NCBI GenBank assembly: GCA_050273025.1
Contig: CP158636.1
Location: 10,416,001-10,480,000 of the forward strand
DNA length: 64,000 bases
Direction: 5' to 3'
Origin: Cenococcum geophilum
Taxonomy: Eukaryota
Shown: positions 38,641 through 48,952 of the stretch, piece by piece
Layout of the letters: each line of letters starts with the position of its first letter
How positions within the stretch are numbered: the stretch's first letter is position 1
The notes under the pieces: generated by a model
Seen by the model: only the letters and a program-made list of their open reading frames with translations
Database searches by the model: none
What the model was told of the DNA's origin: nothing
Translations under genes and position numbers: made by a program

Positions 38641-39912
38641 TACTAGCTTTAACTAGGAAAGACTAGAAGGACCCTAGACTATATACGAAAAACTATCTTA
38701 TAAGGAAGCCTAGTAGTACGCTAAGCGCTTAAAAGAAGCCTAGACGGTAGCCTACGTAAATCTAAAAAAGGCTTAGAAATTAATGGAATAGCAAATAAAT
38801 AAGTATAGGCGCGAGACTAACTTTACTATAGGTAATATAGTTTAGGTTATAATAAAGAACTAAAATATAGGACGACCTAGCCATAAGCTAGACTATTAGA
38901 TAGTAGGACTATACCAAGTCCTTAAAAAGAGGGGTAACTTATATAAAGTAAAGCTCCCAGATTTAACAAAGGTTTACCTCGTTTTCTTACCAGATAAGCT
39001 ATATAAAGCTATAGATAACCTATTACCCAAATAAAAGAACGAACCCCCCCTGCCAATTTAAGTCAATAGCGACGATAAATAGGAAATTAAAAAAATACTA
39101 GCCTATAAACTAGTAAGGAGAATGCTAAAATACCGCATTAGTTGGAAAGGCTATAACCTAGATCCTACTCAGTACCCTATATAGAACTTTATTAGCAGTC
39201 CCTATAAGCTTTAAAAATTCTATAGCTATTACCCTAATAAACTAGGACCCCTAAAGTACCTAGACGAGTAGATAGAGTGCTAGTATAGTAAAGATAATAG
39301 GCTACTAGAAGAATATAAAGATAAGAATGCCCTATAGAAGTAATACGGATATATAAAGCCTAAGGGTAGGCTTTACTAAGGGGGGGGGGTAATATTACGG
39401 CACTGGCAGAACTTGGCAGAACTTAGTTAGCAGAACTTAGCAGAACTTCACACTAGCAAGTTGCTACAGATTGCCGCATATTGCGGTTATATGACGCAAA
39501 GATCTTATAAAACATTAAGCGGCGCTACTCTTCTTCTCCTTTCCTTTCCCTAGCTTTAGATTCTCGTTTATAGACAATCCAATCGTACAGGCTTGCGCGT
39601 CCCTCTTACCGTGCTCGTGCCTCGATTGACTGAGTCGCTAACAATTATTAAAAGTTAGATTATCGTAATATTACACCAAAAAAGGCTTAATTAAAGGGTG
39701 TAGATCGTAATATAGATATATATTGTTATATACCCTATATCGTAATAAGGGGGGTTTACTATATATACTACGGGCACGTGCCTCTAGCACGTGACTGGCG
39801 ACCATCCGAGGGGCGTCCGGGGGTTGTCCTGAGGGCAACCCGAGGTGACTGCAATAATATCCCTTACATAAAAGGCCACAAGTTTAAGATTTTAAAGAAA
39901 GGATAAAAAATA

Positions 39913-41352
39913 CGAATATCGCTAACAAAAGGTCTTGTACCTTCCTAATTAGGAAGTTACGTTACTAACTCTCTTAGTATATTATTAAATAAATATTTTT
40001 ATATTTTTATATTTTTATATTTTTATATTTTTATATGAAATTTTATAAGCTTTATATAAATTCTAAATTAAAATTATTATATAATTAATAATATTGGCCG
40101 TTGAAAACGGATTCTGCACCTATACGTGGTGACGGCTACAAACCTAGGTCTTCGAAGTTCAGACCTAGAGCCAACGCAGAGATGTTGCACAGCGCGTGCA
40201 AGTAGGACCTGGTGGTTGTATGCGTTGTGGGGCATAGTGAAAAGTTTTCACATGGGATGGTGAGATCTCGAAAACCACTACTAACGGTACCCCTTTATAA
40301 TATAGCCACTAGTTCTCCTATTAAGCACCTATATAATCTAACATAGATAAACAGCTTTTAAAAGCATCCCCTAGCCCCTAATGGAAAGTATTAATGACCT
40401 TATATTAACGGATAAATAAGCGTATAAGTGAACGAACGAATGAGTAAATATACAGCCCCTCCTAACCCCTAGGGCAGTTGCCCGCGGAGCATATGGTTAC
40501 TCGCTGTTTTTAACTACCAAATACTACCTAGTAGCTTGGATTGCGACCTACGGTTTTCCCTATCTCCTTTTGATGGAGTGGTGACCCTTAGAGAGGGCCT
40601 AGCTGGGGCCTAGGTACAAAAGATACCCAAATATAATATAATATCCCGCTTGCTTATTAGTATTACGGTAGTTAGAACGGATGAATCCCCCTTACGCTTT
40701 TAATAGCTCTAGGGGGGGGGAGGCAAGGCGTATATAGTAGTGGTTTATATAAGAGATAGTATATAGGGGATAGGTAAGATATGGGACATAAAGAGACAAT
40801 AAGATACAGCAATTAATTAGTAAGGCCTAGCTGGGATATAGTGAACCCTAGCTTTAATAAGCTAGAGAAGGAAGCAGTGGTTCCTAAGGAGTTCAAAACA
40901 TCTAAGGAGGAGGACGTGCAGTAGGCCCGTAGGGCCGCTGCTATGTGCAAACATGGCAAATCGGGGTTTTTTATCCTACTGAGGCTGCTTATAGGGTTTT
41001 TCCTCCCCTAACTGTAGGGTTTTCTTCATGTAAATTACAAGTTTTCCCCCCTGTAACGGAGTAGTCTGCGTGGGCCAAGATAGGATCCGTATCAGACGTT
41101 AATTAAAGAACTACTACTACTACTACTAATTAATAATATTGAAGTAGTTATTATGACTTAAAATGTATTAGAATTTATTAGTACTATCATTTACGCAGCC
41201 GGTATTGCAGCTTACGCAGCAGTGCTAAAAATTACGCATTTGAGTCTAAATTTACGTGGGGTAGGCCGTTAACTGCGTACCCGTGATTGCGCGTGCGCAG
41301 TCGCTTAACTTCCTAATTAGGAAGGTGCAAGACCTTTTGTTAGCGATATTCG
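39913..41352. mobile_element. Non-autonomous TIR element (~1.44 kb), probably Tc1/mariner superfamily
   Basis: 47-bp TIRs cgaatatcgctaacaaaaggtcttg(t/c)accttcctaattaggaagtta with 1 mismatch, flanked by TA; no ORF; contains (atattttt)x5 at ~39993-40036 and (act)x6 at ~41110-41127. Confidence 0.85.
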
Positions 41353-41520
41353 TATAAGCTAGCTATCGAGGTGGGCCGTGGCTCAAGCCCTAACCACGTA
41401 CGACACCCCTTCCTGCTAGTTCTACATACTAATTTAGGCGAAGCTCAAGCGAAATTAGATGCCACCGCTGCTGCGCGCACCGAACCTCCCGGACCCTGTA
41501 TCCGGACAGGTCAATCCGTC

Positions 41521-44309
41521 ATGAGGAAACTCAAAGCTGCTCTCAGCGGCAAACTCAAGGAGCAGAACCAACGCGATTCCCAGCCGGAGTCCCGGCAAGC
41601 ACCGCCGCAGCAGCAATATCTGCAGCTAAGTTAACAATGGCAACAACCCAGCTCGCAGTCCGGGGGCCACCCCGCGCCATGGACAACGGCAACGGCCAAC
41701 CTTGCCAAACAACTAGCTCCTGTTTCCTCGATGCCACCGCCGCCACCTGTGTCCGGACCACCGGCACCAAGTTATGGACAAATGGGCCCGCAGTACCTGC
41801 CCCCTCCCGTAAATCCTGCCGCGTACGCCACTTCACCTCATCATAGCCATGCACCCGTACATGGCCCGGCTCCAGGCGCCTTGATGCCCACCCCCGGCCC
41901 AGTCTACGGCCATCCCAAACCATCGGCGCCAGCATTCCAACCAGCACCAGTCCCTACGCAACTGCCATGGTGGCCGGCAGAGGCAGACACTAGCAAATGC
42001 CACCTCTACCCTCGCCATCACGAATCCCATTCCCCCTTTCATCGTTGACGCGGCTCCGACGACAGAAGGGACACTTGAAGTTGAAGGAGCATCGTCCTCG
42101 ATCCATTGCAGATGATGCGAAAAATGCAAGCAGGGCATCACCTACAGCTCCGACACCTTCATCTGCACCAAGTGTCGGTACTAGCTCTGCCAGAGCTGCA
42201 GCGACGCCCCCAGGACCCATCCCCAGCGCGTGCGCACCCAACTTCTCCAATGGACGGAGAGATGCTGTGGTGAGTGCAAGCCGGGGAGTTACCTGCGAGG
42301 ACGTTGGTAGCTTTCTGTGTGCCGAGTGCAAGCACTGGGTTTGCGGCGCGTGCAGCGATGGACACACGGCTGCGCATATGGGGGGCTTGCAAGTCCAGCT
42401 CAGTCCTAAATTGGAAGAGTTCATGGCCGAAGCAAGCCCCTGCCGGGTTTGTTCCCAGGAGGCGCGCTCGAGGATGGAGTGCGAGTGCAGGCAGTACGGG
42501 TTTGCCCTGTGTCTGCCCTGCTTTCACAACGCTGCTGCGTTGGAGAAGTTCTTTGCGGAACACGCCGCGTACCATGCTAAGAAGAAGGAGATGCTCCCTG
42601 CGGAGATTCAGCTCTTGGCGATCTATCCGGAGAGATGGCGTGTTTTGGAGCAGTGGAGGGAGGAGGTTTGTCGGTGTCTGGATCAGGGACGGCCAGCGGC
42701 GACTATGCATTGCGAGAGATGTCACCTTGCCTTGGAGGTTGGGAAGAGAGCATACTGGTGTCGGACTTGTCATGAAGAATGGGGAGGGTTCACCCAGTGG
42801 CTTTGTGAGATGTGTTTCCTGGAGGATGAGGAGTGGGAGAAAGACATCAGCCAGAGCGGAAAGAAAAAAGAAAACGGCCGGAAACAGAACGGAGGAAAGC
42901 CAAAGCTTCACGAGCACGTCTTCATCAAGACGGCCATTATCTTCGATGCAACCATCCCTGATGAAAGGAAGGAGACTATGTGGTGTCCGACATGCGAGCT
43001 GTGTAAGCTTCCCTCTGTACATATCCGTCCATAGGAAACGACTGACCTGGCAACTATACAGGCTCGGGGCGGTAGACAGGAACAGACACTATCACGACCA
43101 TGCTAACCCAGATACAAACATTCTCAAGAGAACTCCGGATCTGAAATGGGTGGTCAGCCCCCGACTTCAAGAAGTGTACCGATACTCGCTGTACCGGAAC
43201 TGTGACAAGGAGGCCCTGTTCAAAGGAACGGTTCAGTATCCCGACACCGTGTCTATCAAATCTGAACTGGCGAAGTGCAAGCAGTGTGACTTTGGTACGC
43301 AGCCACCCCATTTTTCTCCTTGAAGGCACCCATGAGAAAGGACTGGCAAAGACTGAAGTTAATATGTCGCCATCCCATGCAGTGCTAGCATACAACAAAC
43401 CCGCAACACTCTGCATAAAGACGAGATGCCAGCAATGCATCTACTGCGCGTCCTACACCGAGAATCGTAGTGTCAACCACCGCCACATGGACTCGACATA
43501 TGTCGTGGTACTGAAGCGGCAGAGGATGCCCAAGTAGATTGTGCAAAGTGTCGGAAGAGTGGGTTTCTTTCCCCTTCCCCAAACAGAAATAACGTAATCT
43601 ACCACCAAGTGGTGGTCACCACCATGTGGCGCCCCATCAAAACTTACCAAAAATTAGAAAATTCGTACTTTAATATCTCAACAACCACTTAATAATAAAT
43701 TCTAAAAATTTAGATTTGGACTTTTATATACGCTCTGCAGCTTCTATTAAAGTTGCATAGTAATTAGTTAAGTGGTTTTTAAAATATAGGAATTTAGCTT
43801 TGTTTTAGCCCCCAAATTATAATATTTTAAAAACCGCTTAACTAATTACTATGCAACTTTAATAGAAGCTGCAGAGAGTATATAAAAGTCTAAATCTAAA
43901 TTTTCAGAATTTATTATTAAGTGGTTGTTAAGATATTAAAGTACGAATTTTCTAATTTTTGGTGAGGCGCCACATGGTGGTAACCACCACTTGGTGGTGG
44001 ATTACGTTATTCATGTTGTCTCCACGACCCCTGCGAGCAGAGTTGAGCTGACGCCATGCCTCCTCCCTAGGATACAAGAACACCGGCTTTTATGGACTCT
44101 TCTGCGGCCACTGTTACTACTTTGCCCTTTGCTGGCGGTGCATCGCGGATACCTGCCAGGGGAAGGCGCCGGAGCATCCGCCGGGGTTGCGCCATCCAGA
44201 ACAGCGGGGGTATGAGGGTCCGGCGAATTGGGTGTTGTTTTATGAGGCGGGGAAGATGCCTGCGGGTGGGCAGAGTTTGCCTAGCTGTTGCAAACTTAGT
44301 GTGGGATAG
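41521..44309 (+). pseudogene. Pro/Gln-rich N-terminus plus multiple ZZ-like Cys/His zinc-finger modules; damaged host gene with 3 predicted introns
   Basis: ATG 41521 in frame with ORF 41731 across TAA 41632-41634. Cys clusters in ORF 41997-43034 (CAECKHWVCGAC..H; CRVC..CEC..LCLPC; CERC..CRTC..LCEMC). Introns ~43003-43061, 43295-43382, 43559-44070 (GTGGGT..GCTGAC..CTAG). Last splice yields CAKCRKRYKNTGFYGLFCGHCYYFALCWRC, stop 44307-44309. Apparent frameshifts at ~41994-42045, intron-1 junction and ~43510. Confidence 0.75.
43592..44007. mobile_element. Fold-back MITE (416 bp), Fot1/pogo-like ACGT termini, inside predicted intron 3 of the zinc-finger gene
   Basis: TA|acgtaatc...gattacgt|TA; nearly the whole element is an inverted repeat (~185-195 bp arms, short spacer). 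Confidence 0.93.
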
Positions 44310-44539
44310 GACTCGGTTTAGACGTTTGCGTAGAATTGAGTCACACAATAACGTGGAAGCCGAGGTTCAAGGTAGTACTATTGGCTTATTTAGAGTCCAC
44401 TGAAACGATGCCATTGGGTTCTGTGAAGGTATTCTGGGGTGGTACTTCATTAAAGCCATCATCAGGGTATAATGACTGCCCATTAAATGCTATGTTTTTG
44501 TTTTGTTTACATTGCTCCTGTTGTCTCGAACCTGAGAGG

Positions 44540-45624
44540 TCTTTCCATCATGCCTGGTTTATATGGCTTCTTGTTGGGATGACAGCAATGAAATCTCAAT
44601 TCATCTCAGGCCAGGATGCGCAGAAATTAATTTTTGCGAGATTCAAAACAGCCCACTCTGGCTAATCGCTTATCTTTGTGATCTAGTAGCGCGTTATGAA
44701 CGTCCTATTAATATCCCTCCTTAATACATGAACGAACTTGGCCCATTTTTGCAGGAGTGGTTTCAAATCCGTGGAGAAACTACAGGCAAGGTTTGTCGAA
44801 CGGACAATAAGGTTATAAAAGAAGGACTCGTGTGTAGATTAAACTACGAAGAAAAGTGACTATATATACATGAAATGGGTGGCGAAGGCTGACGTCGACA
44901 ATGACGACGGTTACGTCATTGCCACCTCAATCGACAAGGTCGCATCTCAGATGTACGGACAGCTTCGAGAGCTAAAGGAAAGGGAAGGAATTTTTACAGA
45001 TGAGATGAATTGGCAAGCAGCAATGGCGATGCAGGATATCACTATATAGTGGAAAAGTGTCGAACGTTGAGGTCACCATCAAGTACCACCTTATGACTCA
45101 CACCCTGTTTCTTGCCATCGTATGTCTTACTATCTATTTTCTATTACCTATTCATTACCTATCACCGACTGAGTGGCAATACCGACCTTGTGGCGATTGA
45201 GTAACAGTTACCAAATCGTCGTCAACGTCGTCGTCAGTCTTTTGCCCCTACCTCATGTATATAGAGAACTTCTAGAGCCAGCTTCAATCGACAGAGTTCT
45301 TATGAGTGACTTGTCCGTCCGACAAAAAGGACATTCATGGAGATGCCACGGCTAGTACAGCTTGCTGTATATGCACTCTCTATATCACCTACTTCTGGTG
45401 TAGCAGAGAGAAACTGGTCTGCATTCAGTTATATTCACTGCAAGAAGAGGAATCGGCTTGAAACCCATCGCGTAGATAAATTAGTCTTTCTATACTGGAA
45501 TCTTCGGATGCTTCAGGGTGTCCCAGATTATGGCCTAACGCAGGAAGATATATCAGAAGGGATTGAGGATACAGACACTATCGCAATGATAGGTAATTAT
45601 AGCGACGATCAGGCCTTCCTCTAG
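44540..45624 (+). pseudogene. hAT transposase relic (C-terminal dimerisation domain)
   Basis: ORF 45337-45624: LAVYALSISPTSGVAERNWSAFSYIHCKKRNRLETHRVDKLVFLYWNLRML is a typical hAT C-terminus. Upstream GIFTDEMNWQAAMAMQDITI*WK joins in frame once the solo LTR is removed. Start approximate; no TIRs found. Confidence 0.85.
45058..45324. mobile_element. Solo LTR (267 bp) inserted in the hAT relic
   Basis: TGTCGAACG...CGTCCGACA termini with perfect 5-bp TSD AAAAG (45053-45057 / 45325-45329). Confidence 0.9.
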
Positions 45625-45669
45625 ACGATAGTCTCTAAACAGCCAGCCTTAACTTGCGCTAGAGAAGAG

Positions 45670-45730
45670 AAGCTAAAGCAGGACAAGACCTTGATGCAGG
45701 CCGCATCAAGGTCTTGTCCTGCTTTGGCTT
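45670..45730. repeat. Near-perfect 61-bp hairpin (28-bp arms, 5-nt loop)
   Basis: aagctaaagcaggacaagaccttgatgc-aggcc-gcatcaaggtcttgtcctgctttggctt; 27/28 paired. Confidence 0.95.
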
Positions 45731-45951
45731 CCGGTCAAGACAGTACGAGGTTAGCTTTGTGACACCTGAAGGCTTTCTCAGAAGCCAACCTCCACATGCC
45801 ACGTACGTTCAAGACTCCGGTGAAACCTTCCCCTATCAGTGTAAGAGCCTTTCGTTACTCCAAAGCCGTGATTACTCGTCGATATTGCAAACTCTCCCCA
45901 TTCCATTCAAAGGTTTGAACCCAGCTCTCTATTTGTCTACCTCGAAGATCA

Positions 45952-47144
45952 ATGGCTATGCCTACAAGCCCACTGAAGGAGACCAGCGATACTCTGCTCC
46001 AGGATGCACCGAACAACACCCCCCAGGAGAAGATAGACCAATCGCAATGTCCCACCGATCAAGAAGCACAACGTGCCAGCTCCATAATAACACAGTACCT
46101 GCGGGATAATGTCGCGGAGTTTCGACGACTGACCGAGCTCCGACAGCAGGTAAATAAATCGAGCGCCGAAACTCTTAACCAATTCCAGGGCGACGACGCT
46201 GACTGACATAGGGATGGAGCAACCCAGAAGGCGATCGATATTTCCAAAAGCAACGCCACAATGCCGACAACGCTGACGAGAAGATGGCTCAAATTTTCTA
46301 CAAAATGATGAAGGAGATCGGCCAAGAAATGCATCGGTCAACCGGTGCTCTCGCGATTTCAAAGACGGCTGCGAACAGCCCGACCATCCTGGACATATGT
46401 ATGGCCCCTGGCGGTTTTCTTGCAACGACGTTAGATTTGAACTCAGGAGCCCACGCTCTAGGATTCAGCTTGCCTGTTTCCGAGGGAGGGCACAAGGTGC
46501 TCCTACACACAGATCCCAACGTGACGCTAAAATTCCTTGACGTTACGATGCTTGCTGCAGATATAGGCGTCACAGACTTTTCGTCAGAGCATCCCGAAGC
46601 CAGGAATATGCTACCGCAACAATTCGGCCCCGGACAACTCTTCGATCTCGTCTTGTGCGACGGTCAGGTCCTCCGTACCCACATCCGGGTCGCATACCGG
46701 GAGAACCGACAAGCCCGCAGGCTAACAGTCACACAACTTGCCATTGGTCTTGAGCGCGTCAAGATTGGCGGAACTATGGTCGTCCTTCTCCACAAATTCG
46801 AGGCCGCAGACACCGTCTCCTTACTATACACGTTCAACAAGTTCGCTTCAATCAAGCTCTTCAAGCCGACAAGGCACCATGCCAAACGCTCATCCTTCTA
46901 CATGGTTGCTACTAATATCCAAAGCCAGCACTGTGAGGCTGTCCTAGCGGTGGAAAGGTGGAAGAGGCAGTGGAAGGTCGCAACGTTTGGAACGGATGTA
47001 GAATACAAGGAAGAGCTTCGTGTGGAGTGTTTACATGCAGAGGAGGTACTGGAAGAGTTTGGGTCAGAGCTTGTGAAGTTGGGAAGGGAGGTATGGGGAA
47101 TTCAGGTAAGGGCTCTAGAGAAGGCGCCTTTTATTAAGAAATGA
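45952..47144 (+). CDS. FtsJ-like SAM-dependent methyltransferase family protein, 2 exons (45952-46149, 46212-47144), ~376 aa
   Basis: Intron GTAAAT...CTGAC..TAG (46150-46211) joins LTELRQQ to GWSNPEGDRYFQKQR in frame; SAM-binding ILDICMAPGGF, FDLVLCDG, GGTMVVLLHK motifs; no stops. Confidence 0.88.
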
Positions 47145-47476
47145 TGGACTACTGGGTCAAAGCGCCCAACGATCGCCCTCGCGTAACGATCGCTTTTTGG
47201 TGTAACAACCTTCAACTTTTGAAGCTCTACAGCTCTATAGAAATCGTAAATTAAGTCAATTTTTTGGTGTAACAACCTATGGAGCTCGGAGACTCTCGTA
47301 GGGCAATTTATCAGGTGCGGAACCTTCTTAGGAGGTTAATTTGCCTATTGCGACGACTTTAAGCTAGAGTGGGGACTACCGTATCTACCTTATCTACCTT
47401 ATCACTAGGAATTCCAGATATATAAACCTTCTACTTGCCTTTACCTTTAGAGGCCTTTTTTAGTATTAAGTTACTA

Positions 47477-48363
47477 CGGTAAAATCTCCTTAATACGATA
47501 TAGGGTATATAACGATACCCTCTACATTACGATCTATACCCCTTAATCAAGCCTTTTTTGGTGTAATATTACGATCATTTAACTTTTGCCGATATCGTTA
47601 AGCACCTACTACTAATATCGGTATAAGCAGATTTTAATTCGTCGGATTTGATCTTTGCTTACTATAGGTTTAGCTATTAAATCTATTATATAACGATTGA
47701 AATTCATTAAAATTACCCTTAGATATTACTCTCTATACTTAATTCTATCTTATTTGTTATAGTAAGATATTAAAATCCTATAAGGTGACGCCGTTACGGC
47801 TTTACTAATTATAAGCGCTAGAAAATACGCGCCCACTACTAAAAATACCCCGGTCTACTATAATTGGAGATTGCTCACTAGGTAAGCAACTTCCTCTATT
47901 ATAATATTAATTAATCCTTAATATTAGAAATACTAAGCGATAAATTCTAATAGCTTAATTAAGCTAAATTATAATATAGGTAAAGTATATAAGAGCAAAA
48001 GAGAGCTGCTAAATATCCTCTTTTAAAGGAGGCTTTCTTTAAGTGGCATTAACGCCTATAGAACTCTCGTATTTCTATTACTGGCGACCTTATACATGCT
48101 GCCGCCACTTAATTATAGCAATAAATACCTATGTTAGTATAAGAGAAAGTAGTACGATAAGGCTGCCTTAGCCAATATAGATGGAGTAGAAGATTGTATA
48201 GTGGAGCTTTAAGTAATCGTTAAGCCTTATTTACTAAAAGATGTTTATAATATAAATAAGATAGGGCTATTTTAGAAGGCTATACTAGATACTATATTAG
48301 CTACTAAAACTCTATTAGGAATAAAGAAATAAAAGGTATAAATTTCTTTAGGCAATTGCTCTA
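47477..48363 (+). mobile_element. Truncated, internally deleted second copy of the pogo element
   Basis: TA|cggtaaaatctccttaatacgatataggg TIR; reverse-complement similarity to 39761-39648 and 31690-~30860; lacks the B2 insertion (empty site ~47588-47596). Confidence 0.85.
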
Positions 48364-48952
48364 ACGTATTTTATCAGTTATCTACTAAAATTAATTATCC
48401 GCCCACCCTAAAAACCACTAAAAATTAGGAAAATCGTATTTTAATATTTTAATAGCGGCTTTATAATAAGTTCTAAAATTCTATACCTAGCCTTTTATAC
48501 CTATTCTAAGACTCATATTAAAGTTCTAGAATAATAGGTCTAGCTGTTATTAAAATATTAAGATTTATTAAGTTTTAGCCCTCAAATTTAAGCTAAATTG
48601 CTATTCCTCTAGAACTACTTAATGAATGACTTCTAAAGTTAGAGTAGAGTCTTAAAATAGGCATAAAAGGCTAGCTATAGAATTTTAGAATTTATTATAA
48701 AGCCGTTATTAATATATTAAAATGCGATTTTCCTAATTTTTAGTAGTTTTTGGGGTAGGTGGATAACTAATTTTAGTAGATAACTAATAAAATACGTTAG
48801 AGTAATTGCCTAAAGAAATTTATGCCTTTTATTTCTTTATTCCTAATAAAGTTTTAGTAGCTAATATAGTATCTAGTATAGCCTTCTAAAATAGCCCTAT
48901 CTTATTTATATTATAAACATCTTTTAGTAAATAAGGCTTAATCATTACTTAA
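48209..48952. repeat. 155-bp inverted duplication of pogo sequence flanking the MITE (48209-48363 / 48798-48952)
   Basis: Right flank is the reverse complement of the left flank starting exactly at the MITE's TA. Confidence 0.92.
48364..48797. mobile_element. Fold-back MITE (434 bp) with ACGT termini
   Basis: TA|acgtattttat.agttatctactaaaatt... inverted at the right end, long imperfect inverted arms. Confidence 0.9.

Larger units (their letters stand above)
31695..39643 (+). mobile_element. Ty3/Gypsy chromovirus family B, copy 2, inserted near the 5' end of the pogo element
   Basis: LTRs 31695-31979 and 39393-39643, TSD atcat/attat (RIP-compatible), poly-G PPT 39380-39389; gag from 32178, pol colinear with B1 through the chromodomain. 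Confidence 0.95.
28604..39761 (-). mobile_element. pogo-type (Tc1/mariner superfamily) DNA transposon, RIP-inactivated, carrying nested inserts
   Basis: TIRs (c/t)agtaaa.cc.c.ttattacgatatagg flanked by TA. Minus-strand transposase ~31400 to ~28780 with DDE_1 motifs RKILLLIDGFSSH (~29480-29522) and EFLPPNCTSVCQPLDQGII (~29370-29430). Confidence 0.88.
27300..39868 (-). mobile_element. Truncated LTR retrotransposon related to the 85-1711 element: 5' LTR (28492-28603 + 39762-39868) plus ~1.2 kb degenerate, possibly gag-like interior
   Basis: LTR termini tataagggg (28492, RIP of tgtaagg) and cccttaca (39868); shares ttcgtctctct core with LTR 85-345; LTR split by a pogo insertion at a TA. Confidence 0.7.

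Noticed and set aside
1712..39900. AT-rich block as a centromere or subtelomere
   Set aside because: No telomeric array, and centromere identity cannot be read from sequence; AT richness is explained by RIP.
41521..44309. Cys-rich gene in AT-rich region as a secreted effector
   Set aside because: No hydrophobic signal peptide; long protein with CxxC zinc-binding spacing typical of intracellular proteins.
41555..46885. Minus-strand and alternative-frame ORFs (e.g. 42159-43022, 41990-42424, 45949-46425, 44067-44348)
   Set aside because: Shadows of the two plus-strand genes, no independent motifs.
41360..47200. Gene island as Starship cargo
   Set aside because: No DUF3435-type captain or Starship boundary visible; the only tyrosine recombinase belongs to the Ngaro element. 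Cannot be excluded beyond the window.
47160..47360. Repeated tttttggtgtaacaacc motif downstream of the methyltransferase
   Set aside because: Similar motifs occur in the pogo (47554) and E (32571) subtermini, so probably a decayed transposon end; boundaries could not be defined.
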